A stretch of DNA of 49,919 bases, counting the filler, from Sphacelaria rigidula (Eukaryota), in assembly GCA_964200075.2 (NCBI GenBank). It is 3 parts of 3 records of this genome, joined end to end, with 100 filler letters (N's around TTAATTAATTAA, not from the genome) between each part and the next. Parts side by side here need not be neighbours in the genome. Positions count along the whole stretch, not along the records: positions 1 to 16,583 come from CAXNAA020001309.1; 2 more parts are not named here. One strand, written 5' to 3'. A model generated the notes under the pieces. The model was not told where the DNA came from. It searched no databases and saw only the letters and a program-made list of their open reading frames with translations. The position numbers and the translations under genes were made by a program. Positions 1 through 11,800 of the stretch are shown piece by piece. The stretch's first letter is position 1, and every line of letters begins with the position of its first letter.

Positions 1-65
1 AGAGAGATATGCCACTTCAACCCCATATTTTGTATGAACCCCAAAATATAAAATCGGCTGTTATA

Positions 66-310
66 TGTGCGAAACCACACTTGTGCCTCGATTTTGGGGT
101 GAAAAAGGGACATTTTTGGGCCCAAAACCGCGCTTGAGCACATACCCTTCGGGGAAACGGAAGGCTGGGAATCCTCCGAAATAGTTCTAGGCAGGTCGGG
201 AGGGATGGGGTCGTCCACATGAAAGTCATCACGAATTCAGGTAAGGGAAAGCACGGCTTTTGAGTTGAACCTCATTCTTTTTTCAAAACCATTTTCGAGA
301 ATCCACTGTT
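66..310. mobile_element. Right arm of foldback MITE (same family as 7525-7945)
   Basis: Aligns by eye with the centre and right arm of the 7525-7945 palindrome. Ends in the same terminus ...ATTTTCGAGAATCCACTGTT. Left arm absent. Confidence 0.8.
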
Positions 311-1018
311 TCTAAGTTCCACCGCTATATCTATATTTATATATGCTATTAAGTGGAAACCCCAAACACAGAAAAGTGCATTCAGATTTTAAGCTGCGTG
401 TCAATATTCCAACATCAAGTCGTCAAACTCGTCCAGCCACAAGGAAAATGAGTTTCCAAGAAAAAAATGTGATATGGGTTACTTTTTTCGGCCTGCGGGG
501 TGGGGGGGGGGGGTGTTGGAGTCCGGGGAGTTCGTTTTCACTACTCTTGGTTTGGCCGGAAGTCGGGGCAACTCGTAGTTGCGATTGTGAGCCAGCCGCT
601 CACCTGGTTGGGTCGAAAATGGCCAAATAAGCTTCACAAGGCACATGTAGCCATCCTGGATGGCCATTGTCACAAATCTATGGAATTTCAGACTAAAATA
701 AAATGTCTCACCGTACCGTGCAGTGTGCAAGTGTATTTAATCAACATGCGTTAGGCGTTGGGTTCCCTTTCACGCAAAAGGGGGCCACCGACACCACAAC
801 AAACGTATTGAGCGGCACATCAACCCCGACCAAGCGGTATCGACGGTCCTTTATCTATGAGCGCCAGCCTACAAATGATGGGTGTATCTCTCGACAAGCC
901 CCTCACTTTGGCGTGGCGTTCTATGGTATATGATCCTCTCTATATACAAAAAAGAATAAGGACCTGATTCATCCGTTGACGGTCATGTGTCATATAGGTG
1001 CCGTTCGCTAACAGGCGC

Positions 1019-2551
1019 TTACCCACGCCATTTTCGCCTGCTGAAGGTGGGATAAGGTTTCATCCGTATGGAGCATGGCGTGGCTGCTTCCTCAAGGCTA
1101 CTCAAATAATCACTCACGTCTGTGTACGGCGGCCGCGGCGGCGCACGCAAGACTAACCTTGCAGAGTTCGTCCGCCACACAGGGCGCATATACTTTCTGC
1201 AGTACCTACCCCCGTCAGTGTCTACTGCATGTACCCGAAGCCGCATGAAGAAGTCATTGTCGCATGGATGAAAATCCCGCATGACGATATTAGGATGGTT
1301 TGGCGACGCAGTGCAAAACCAGCCTTATTGACGTTGGAATAGTTCGCGCCAAAACACTCTTCCTATATCCAATTGGCCTGTGGAATCGGTACGCCTAATT
1401 ACATTGGATCCACTTAATAATTCTGTCCGTATATACTCAGCACCAAACAACAGTGTTTCCACCGCATTTTCAATCGGGAGGTTGCCCCGCAGAGGAGGTT
1501 GCGCCGCATCTAGACACCGTGCGGCAGTCGGCGATGAAGTAGTAGCGCATGCGTGGTTATGCTGGTGCTCATCCTTCCGTTGTGAGCAGACAGAGACAAT
1601 TTCTGGTCCAACCATGCCAGAGACCAGCGACGGAAAGCTGGGCGTTGCCGACAGCAGCAGTGGCGGCGGTGGCATGGAACCGGGCGTCAACCCTGCAGTT
1701 GATGTGAACACAGCACAACCGTCGGGCGCTCATGTGCCGCTCGGTGCACGCCCCGATGCCCTGCTGTCCACTGGTCGCAACAGTGTACGCGTGAGTATGC
1801 GCCAGCAGGCCATGTCATGTTCCTCGAAGATATCCCGGAGTTCGGCTCTTGTGGGCGGGCGGCCGTCCATGCGCAGGTGTGGGGAAAGAGAGTTGCGTTG
1901 ACTGAACAGTACATGTAAGAGTGCAGCTAGTTCGAAAAAGCTGCCCCCTCGGGAGACACAATCATGACTTCAACGTCGGATCGGGCTGCTTTGAAGTGTT
2001 GACTTGAATTCTGCACGCATATCCGCAACCATAATACAAAATGTCTTTCTTTTTGTCGTCGGAGTCTCTGATTCCGAGTCATTTCGGAACATTAATTAAT
2101 GTCGGCGGTTAACTTGGAAGTACAAACCCCGATCAAAACATGACCTTGCCATTATCCTTGCGGATATGTGCTCAGAATTTCAAGGCTCGGGCGCAAACCC
2201 GGGGCAAAACCGGGGGCATGTCAATTTGGAACAGTTTACTCGATTAGATGCATCATATTCCAATACCCTAGATGTGGCTTGTCTACAAACGAGGAGTGAA
2301 AAATAAAACATGAACATCATGTTGTTCACAATCATCTATGGCATCTTCATGTTTATTATCGTACGACGATAAACCTCCAAAGTAGTCCAGCAACAAGCAA
2401 ATAACAAAAAGCTACAAGATGCGGTTGACGTCACCCCTACTTGGCCATGCTGTGGAATAACTTTGGATAAACAGCTCCGATCAACTGGAAGCCAAACGAA
2501 CGTCCTCTGTGCTACCATTCCAGATACGATGCCAAATTTCAAATCAAACAT
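1019..2551 (-). pseudogene. Decayed pogo/Fot1-type (DDE_1) transposase relic
   Basis: Minus-strand translation across stops and frameshifts gives SGMVAQRTFVW ... CLLLDYFGGLSSY ... IDDCEQHDVHVLFFTPRL*TSHI*/VLEYD ... ARSCFDRGLYFQVNR. This is collinear with the DDE_1 motifs SGW..E.F..W, LLILDGHSSH, C..NNI.LL.LPPHTSHILQPLD and I.SGF..TGLYP.N. ORFs 1325-1711 and 1019-1282 lie in one frame separated by a single stop, consistent with a decayed C-terminal extension. Confidence 0.5.
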
Positions 2552-4413
2552 CGCATGCTTACCCAGGGCAAGACGGGAGAAAGGCCAAGCTTCGTTCCGG
2601 AATATTTTCTCGAAAATAGGCCTTACTCCGAGAGGCTAGATGTAGATTTTCTCAGGATCTGGTGATTCATTGAAGGCAGAAACAGCGTCATGTTGTTGGT
2701 GTTGATCTCGGGTATTGCAATGCACGTTCCTGCGTAGGTATTCCGCAATCTCATCTCGCATTGTCCAGAAGCCAGGAATACACTTGCGGCTGCATCATTG
2801 ACGGTACTGTCTGTAAGTCACTGTTTGGCACCACACCACATCAGCAGCGCATGTGGTTCCGAACACTCCTGCTTGTAGCTCCACGTCGTGTGCGAAGCAA
2901 CCTGCAGCACTCCTGTCGTGTGTCCGTGTGGGTGTGTGTGTGCGGGTGTGTTTTGTGGGCTGCACAAGGTTTCGAAACTTGAAAGATGACCGTTTCAGTA
3001 CAAATCGGAAAAACATGACTACTTTTGGGTCCAGCCGTATAACTATTTGTTGAGCAATGGACGGAGCAAGAACGTCTACGTCGCAGGCTAATTCAGGTCC
3101 TGGCCTTGTGTTCGTCTTGTTTTTGCCACCATGTGGATGCTGTGTACCTACCGGTTCTAGTTGTAAGTATCGAAATAAAGTTCTGTCAAACGTTTCTCGC
3201 CTTTCTTGTTGAAGGAACCAACTTGTTGTAGCGAACGAGACGTGTGCTGTGCTGAAGATGCGACGATGCGCGAGTGACAAGAGTATCAACATCCGGGACG
3301 TTGAGATCGCGAATTCCCTTTATTTCTAAGGCTGTCACATCTACACTTCTGACGTGCCCACATTTGCCGGGAAGGCGTTTACTGCATTGCTGCCGGCATC
3401 ACCGCACTTTCCGGGGACGTCGAGTCTTCAGCAAGCGTGGCTGAACTATGTATGGCCTTTGTCTAGAAGTATACATTTAGGATCTTGAGTCAAGAAAAGG
3501 TGTACCATCGTGTTTCGCCCTCAAAAGGTGCTGCTTTGGACCAAATACCCGGAATTGGAAGGACGCGCCACAAGCACCGTTTTTACTACGAATTATTCGG
3601 GACAATCAAGTGGTGATGCGTGCTGTGCCGGTATCTTGAAAACAGAATGAAAGAAACAAATGTTCTAGACCATAGGGCCATATGAAAAAGAGCGGCCGTC
3701 CATCGAAAGCTGGCGTAACTAGGGTACGGCGGGTTTCGGTGGACGATCCCCCTATTGCGCATGGCCGGTGAGGAACAGGTTCAGCACACATCACCACTAC
3801 ATATATATATATGTGTATATACCCGTAGAATACCGAGCGAAAACGGTTTGTGTGAAGGGTTGTTCCAATTCCACATATTTTGTCCAAAGCAGTACCTTCT
3901 CGGGGCGAAAAATGGAGGAATTACCTTTTATGGAGTAAGGGCCTTATTCATATATACGCCGTCGCTCACAGGTGTGCATTCCAAGCCTTAAAAAAGGCAT
4001 TTGCATCGTGGAAAAACCCAGCTGCGTCCGTGGAGAGCTCTCCTTGAGTTTTGTCTTGGAGCAACCTCTTTCGGCAGTGCATAGAGTACTATCAGTTACC
4101 ACCAGGGTTCTAGACTAGACTTGACCCATATTTTGGAACGATAGACGCGAGGGTATTACCGTAGCCACCACTGGAGGGGGGAGCTAGCGAATACGTCGGG
4201 GTAGCTAAACCATTTCCAATCCAAATTACCAATCCCCTCGTGTTATAGTTCATCATTCAAGATGGCGTTTTGATTTGTGGAGATAGTTATTGCTGTAACG
4301 TGACCCTGCTGTTCAACCATAGTACGGGCGTAGCCGTGGGCACTCGAGAAATTGCTACCACACCGCCGTTTGTGCGAAAAGATCGGGTTTCGTCCACAAA
4401 CGTAACATACAAC

Positions 4414-4552
4414 AACACCCTGGACAACAGATTGCATTGTCAAAAAGTGTACTGGGTACAGGATCGACTATTTGCGTCTATTGTAATAAGAAATTGATTC
4501 CGTACTATATGCAGTACATTTTTTACAATCGCAATTTATTATCCAGGGTGTG
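4414..4552. mobile_element. ~138-bp palindromic MITE, 8-bp TSD
   Basis: TIRs AACACCCTGGA...TCCAGGGTGTG. Perfect TSD CATACAAC at 4406-4413 and 4553-4560. Confidence 0.85.
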
Positions 4553-4746
4553 CATACAACCCAATGCCGCACCAAGAGGTCAAGATCCGTTAAGGGTTCG
4601 CCCCAGAACTATGTTAGGGTTCGCAAAGTGCGGCGTACACACTTTTAAACTGGGTTTAGACTGCTGCGGGATCTCACCAACTTTGGTTTTGAGCCGCCTT
4701 TCGAATCCCACAGCATTGATTGTACAGCAGCACCACGGGACGACGG

Positions 4747-4790
4747 AGCCATGGCTGAAGCCATGGCTGAAGATATGGCTTAAGACATGG
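4747..4790. repeat. Degenerate 12-bp tandem repeat
   Basis: About 3.5 units of AGCCATGGCTGA with substitutions. Confidence 0.6.
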
Positions 4791-5810
4791 TAGATGAAGC
4801 ACGGCAGCTGCATGGCCCCAGGGCAGTGTCACAATGGCTCTTTGACTGACTCGGTCCACATCAAACGTTATTCAACGTTGTCACCGGAAAAGCGGTGAAA
4901 CGTCAGTCATCCACACGGCAGCACGTAGCAGTAGGGTTGTGCATTCGCTGTTGCGCACGTTTGCGGCTTTTGACAAACCACCACAATGGCTAAATAAGCT
5001 GTGCGGGTACGTACCAGGGCCTTCGTCAGAGAGGGATTCACAGTCCTTTTTTTCAGGTGTCAAATGTGCACATGTGGGGTCCCGGTAAAACCCCGCCGCA
5101 CACACCAAAATGGACGTAGGGAGACCGACACACGTGTGCCCGAGGCCCATCAGGGTATATTATCAATTGATACACTGAGTTTGTACTCGAGCGATCGTCA
5201 GGGAAAGAAGAAAGTATCGATACCCTAGGACCGGCCCAAGAATAGGTTTCCTAGTAAATGTATGTACATTATATGATCCGAATACATCAGTATCGCACAT
5301 ACGGCCTCGAGGCAATAAAACGGCCTGGAATATAAGCTTTTCGGAAGTATCTTGGGGTGAGTTTAGACGCAAGATTTCAGAAGATGAGGCCACTTCCCGT
5401 GGCTGGCAATGGGCACGTTTTGCACAGCATCACAATCTCATCTTGTTGATACTGTTTTCAAGCGCATTTTGTCTCTACGTCACAGCTGACCAAGGTCTAT
5501 CAGCATTTCACTATAATTTTGGTATTAGTTGACTGGAAATGACAACACGTCGTGAACTCCATCTTTGTACAATACCCTCGTTAGGCATGCTTGTTTGGTG
5601 TTCAATCTCGCCGTGCAGCAGTAGCACGGGGGTGCTCAGTGATGTCCACTGTAACCTGGTTTATGTGTGTGTTTTGGGCCTTATTCATCCCCGCCCTGAA
5701 AAACGCATCGATTTGACGGTTTCACAACAAAACATATTTCCGCTCATCACCCACTTTTCCCCGCCCACTGACGCAGACCCTTAAAGTGAACCTTCGTAAC
5801 AACGAACGTC

Positions 5811-8800
5811 ATGTCTCGACGATGCAACCACAGTACAGCCATAGCCACCGCGGGTCCTCTAGCGAATTCAACGGATGGCCAAAGTGACGGCAGAGGCGGC
5901 AAAATGGATAGCTCGAGCTCGTCCATTACTGACGACTTGGGAAGCTCTCTTGACGGGTCGATCTATGAGGAGACTATCAACTCTAAGGACAACATGTCAA
6001 AGTGAGACTGCTTGGACCTTCGCCAGTGCAGGTGGTCGCATTGGTAACCGATCTGTGGTGGAACCCATCCACCTTTTTTTGCCATCCATCAAGTGCTGTC
6101 TATCGGTTCGTACGAGCTGTTCGATCCGCTATTGATTCTACTTACTCAATAGTTCTGGCTGAAGTCTACCCGATAGTTTGCAGTGTTTATGAATGCCAGA
6201 GCACGTGAAAGAATAGCCGACAAGTGTTGTTCAATCATCTGATTCTGAAATACGCCCATCGTGAACCCGCATATATTGGTCTTTGAATACGAAAAACCGA
6301 CCACAATCCAGTTCACGTGTGATGAAGGCAGTAACACTGATTGACATATGCGTATGTATCTACGACCACAGGAGCTCCGTATTTTCTCGAGGACTGGGGA
6401 AGGCGACGGATTGGTACGATGGCTATAAGACCAGGAACTCGGGCTACGGGCCTCCGTACCATGAGGAATACGGCGGGGATCTGCCACAGACGTGTCGCAC
6501 CGTCAATCCCGACCTCGAGTGCGTATCTACCGACGTGCAGCAATGAAAACCAGTCAGTTCAAAACCTCATATATTGTAGCACACGCGTGCTAACGCATCC
6601 GCTGATATCTACCAAACAACCAGGAGCCCTTCTAACATCTGCGAGGAGCTTCGTTGTGCCATGCGTAAATTTGCAAGTCATCGCAGAAGACCCACCCTGT
6701 TCAACCCTCTAGCTACCACGCCGCAAAGGACTGTGTTTGGAGATACAGGCGCATCATTATTTTTACCATCATTATTACTACCATCATCGTGATAATTATT
6801 TGCTTGAGGCTGAACCTATCACATGGAAACATTTCTAGCCGATCGACGTAGGGCGGTCGAAAAGTAGCATCAACGGATGAACTATCGAGAAAGGAAAAGT
6901 GCCCGCCCAGGTGATACAACCGCTGTAAACCGTGTGTGTATGGCATAGCCTGGACAAAAGATAAAATTTCCTAAACACATACTGCGTACAGTATGGAATC
7001 TATTGCCTATTGCAATAGGCGCAATAGTTGATACTGTACGCGGTACACATTTTGAAATGTAATCTGTTGTCCAAGGTTTGGTGTATACACGCGTTTAAAG
7101 AAACGTTGGTAATCATTAAGTACGATTTCAGGGTGTTCCATTTGATAGTACAGAAACGTCGTGCGTGCTCGCGACCGGCCTCTTCTGAGGCCTTCCTGAT
7201 GGCCGGCGAACCTACACAGAATGACATGCAAGCCCACATAGATTCATTAGTTGCACAACAGCCGGTCGCCCCGGTGGCTCAGTTGGTAACTTCCAAACAT
7301 TCTGACGGTTGGGTAGTGGGTTCGATTCTCGGAGCGATTTGAGATTTTTTTCTCACAGCATGCCCATCAGTGGAGAGTGACTATGTCGTGGGTACACAAA
7401 AGTCGGCTTGGGGGTCGACGAGGGAAAGGGACTGCTGAACCCCTCTTGCGATACAAAATAAAGGGAAGCACCGCAGAAGGGAGGTGGGGTGCTAAAAACA
7501 AACAAGCAAAACAAAAGCTCCAATAACAGTGGATTTTCGAAAATTATGTTGAAAAACAATGAGGTTCTACTCAAAAGCCGTGCTTTCCCTGACCTAATTC
7601 ATTAGAAATGACTTTCACACGGACGACCTCATCCTTCCCGACCTCCCAAAAACTCTTTCGGGGGGTCCCTAGCCTTCCGTTCCCCCAAAGGGTATGTGCG
7701 AAAGCACACTTTTGCCCCGATTTCGGGGTGGAAAAAAGACCTTTTTTGGCCCTAAATTCGTGCTTTCGCAGATACCCTTTGGGGGAACGGGAGGCTAGGA
7801 ACCCCCCGAAATAGTTTTTGCGAGGTCGGGAAGGATGAGGTCATCCGTATGAAAGTCATTTGTCATGAATTTAGATCAGGGACAGCACGGCTTTGGAGAT
7901 GAACCTCATTTTGTTTTTCAACCCCATTTTCGAAAATCCACTGTTCAGTTTTGACTTTTCTCCCGTGTGACCCCGGCTGGTGCGCCCACAATGCCGAAAG
8001 GTGTACACCGGCGTCCAGAATAGACGGGACGACAACACACGCACGCACACACACGCACGCACACACACGTGCGCAACAAAAGCAACGCGTTTCCCAGCGA
8101 GGCTAAGGGTTCGCGAGCATCGCGAGAGCAACTGACACAGCAATGCCTTCGTCTAGCACACCCTCTACTAAGAGCAGCACCCGTTTCCCGAGCAGCACCC
8201 TTTACCCCGAGCAGTCGGCGGTGACAGCGTACGTAACACGGGGCGTCGCGGTCATCTTCTTCTGTAGCGACTGTCAGTGACTGCCCTTGGCGCACGCGAG
8301 ATTTCCGTCCCTGCGACTCTCTGGCTGTATATTCTGTGCTTTCAAAGGAGCCAAACAAACGGCGGATTCCTTGTTGCCCATACGAAACGCCCATCGATGA
8401 AAATCGTACTCTGGCTTCCCTCTCAGGCCATCCGGGCCTGCTTGGCCAGTACGTCACAGTAGCGATAGGCACAGACAACACGGTGCTTGCCGCGGACTAC
8501 GCAATAATCTCAACACGCATCGTCGCTGCTGCACAGGCGTGCATCGTGCTGGCAGTCAGGTCAGGCTATTTATGAGCTGGTGGCGATGATTTTTTTCGTT
8601 TGCAAAAATGTCTTTCCGCTACGTGGCAAGAATGACTGTCAGTTAACGCTGTACTACTACCCAATAGTGCTACCTGTGCTAGTATAAATATAACTGCACT
8701 ACACCTAGCAGCTGCAGTACAGGGCTTCACTATTTTGTGCCCCGCGCATGTTACATAATGTGTCAGGCCGAAGTTGTTGCTTGCAGGTGATGCCTAATGA

Positions 8801-11800
8801 CGTGGCTATGTGACAGCTAACGACCACCCTCAAACACGCTTCTTGCTTGTTAGCAGGCTGCGATAGCCAAAGGGTTAATCTGTAAAAACGATAGTTATCC
8901 TATCAGCAACATTATCTCCACTTTTTGTGAACCCGATTATTTAGCTATTCGATCGTGCCTGACGTTGAGTACGTATCGCGACTCACGGTGGATATCACCT
9001 ACGGTGGTGATTGGTTCAACCTCGACTTCGCTGCGTTGAAGTCCCTGCACCGTGAACGAAGGTGATGTGCACCCAGATCTCGACGGCAGCCATCTAACAG
9101 CGCAAGATTGTACGGTGCTTTGACCCTCGTGTGTTCGGTAAAATTGATGGCGAGTCTCGTGCGAGACCGTGATCCTTGTCCGGATTCATGATCCATCGTT
9201 CACGCTGTTTGTAGATGCGGTAACTCCCATGTGTACCGTGACATACGTATACATATTTATATATTAGTTATAGCCTTGACATCTCTTTCTCGAATGATTC
9301 CGAATCCTCAAGGCGTCAGTCAACTCATCTCTCTCCCGGTATATGCCCGACACTTCGATACTACACATTAGACCATGACCAACACTCCCGCAATGCATCG
9401 ACTCTAGTCGACATCGCTCTGCTACTCACGTCCCCACGCAATGACGGGAATCAGATTTCAGTCAGAAATAACCACATCCACCTTGCGTTGAAGCCGTACT
9501 CTTCCGCCCAAACCGACTCAAGATGCGTCAGTTGGACCACCATGACGCGGCGGCTCAATACCCGCTGCTTTCTCTGAATTCTTCCTTGCCGTGGAAACAC
9601 ATTCGAGACCCATGACTCGATCCTTACCAAGTGCACACCGTGTCTAAGTTTTGTGCAACTTCAATTATACATTGTCACGTCCATACAGGATACTCGTCCA
9701 GGGTACCAACTCATGTGGGATATGGACTTACATTTAAAGGATGGACATCCTTTTGGGATATGGACATCCCAGACGAATCTCCCAGACGAATCTCCCAGAC
9801 GGATCTCCCAGATGTATCTCCCATATGAAGATAATGTCCCAGAAGGATATGATATCCCAGAGGAATACTCTAGATGGATACTTTATATCAGATTGGGGTC
9901 GGACGATGAAACTGCAAGGCTTCCCAAACGTATGCCCGTTAGCATCGTGTACGCGGCTCCGATATGCATGTCCCATCATTGCTCCGATATGGCTGATTGC
10001 TCTGTACCGGTGTATGAAAGTCTGCTGCAGTGGCTCTGCTGATACTTGACATAATTTCGCACTGCTTTGCTCCTTCTCTCTTTGGATCCTGGTCACATCA
10101 CCGGAGTAGGGAAGTGGACGAGCTTCTGCGCAATGGGGCTAATCCCAATGTTGGTCACCCGGAAGATTACTTCCTGACCCCCATGCACTTCGCGGCCAGG
10201 TGATGTACAACTCTTACGTACTCTTGTGCTGTTCTGTCCACATTTGTAGGAGCAGGGATTTCCATGAGCACGACGACACTCAGGCGGATCAAACTTGAAT
10301 GGGCGTCGCAGGCATGTAGGTTTGACGAAAGTGCTTCATCTTGCTCGCACGATTTCGACAAGTTGTCTCTTCCCCGTTACGCAAGTGACAGCCGGGTAGC
10401 GTACACGTGTGCAATTTCCCTGCTCCAACCCACTTTGCAGGAATGCTTTATGTAAGTGCGCACTCTTCTTTGCGCGTGGGTATGTTCAAAACTTAGCTGT
10501 CCTCAAAATGTTCCATATTCCATCTGCTGTGGTTGGTTGGTCGCCACGAGGTGCCTTGTGGGTTGCGTGCGGATGTAGCCCGTACGCTCATGTATTCTCG
10601 CCACGAGGAACAGCACCACACGCGCTTCGCATTTCGAATTAACTCTTGCTATACTAATGAAGCAACAAGTCGTACCGGGGGGTGGGCCAGAGGTGCACTT
10701 CCGCACACGAATGTGCATCCTAAGGAGAGCTCTCATCGATTGCTGTGGCGTGAACATCCTTCCTCGGATTTGCGGTGCACACGGTAAAACAAATAATGTA
10801 TAATTCCACCGTCAATGAGGCCTACTCTCAACCCTTCAGCATCACTGGCATTTACTGATACGCACATAAACACATGTACACACACAAGTGGACCCAGCTT
10901 GTCTCGCCGGCTCAGAGAAGACGACCGCGTGGGTCACCAGCATTACCCCGCAGCACCGACAACCAAATATGCTCTTGTCCATTCAAATCCGGGTGTTTTT
11001 CCATCCCTCCGGGAAAAGTGTGAATAATCATCATCGGCTCCTCGTATGGATGGACAAAGTATGCCCCCATATATACCTATACTACTACTTTCATGTTCTC
11101 ATATACGTACCGGTACAATAGTGGAACGTATTGCACACGCGGGTGAGGTTCAATAGAGAATACATCCTCTTACAATAAACACACGTAAAACAGTCGCTGC
11201 AGGCCAACTTTTACATGAGCTTCTCAGGCCTGCTGAACGTCGTCTAGTTCGACCTTCTACACGGCTGACACCTTTTTGAATACACCTGGCTCATTATATC
11301 GGCTTTCGGTTTGAGACAGATACGGCAACGTTGATTTGCTCAAGATGTTGCGTAGGGCTGGAGGCGACCTCGGCATCACCAATGTCCTGGGCCTCACACC
11401 CCTGTCTTACGCGTGTGTATTCCGACTGTCCATAAGCCCTGAGCCTGGAGACCCCTGGGAAGACAGACAGGTGCACTATCGGTATGGAGTCTTGTCGACT
11501 GTCATGTTTTCGGTGGGGTTTCGAGATAACCTTTCGGCCGCTACATACTATAGCGAAACCTGTTTTTTTCTTGGCGGTGGTTTGCAGACGCCAGAGGGTA
11601 CCGCGGTTGGCTAGAGAATACGATACCAGGCTGTGGTGTGCGGCACGAAGCAAGGTTGTTATTTGATCTTCGGTGGAATGTGCAGTCTAGCCGACCAAGG
11701 TATCTAAGTGCTGCTTCGCTTTTCTCTCTCGGGAAAATTTGATGCACGATGTTCCCACCGACCGTGGATACGCTTCATACCGTACATCTGCCTGCAAGTC

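Noticed and set aside
344..369. Shared pogo-like TIR with the reverse complement of 41847-41872
   Set aside because: Only 19/26 identity, which is expected by chance in 50 kb. No partner TIR was found for either.
7268..7335. tRNA gene (A/B boxes; also 12105-12178 and 49370-49443)
   Set aside because: No closing acceptor stem or clean anticodon arm, and it is always fused to the same downstream body. These are SINE heads.
8864..8878. piggyBac-like end TAGCCAAAGGGTTAA, identical at 24761-24775
   Set aside because: A single 15-mer match is near chance level, and no convincing TTAACCCT left end was found for either site.
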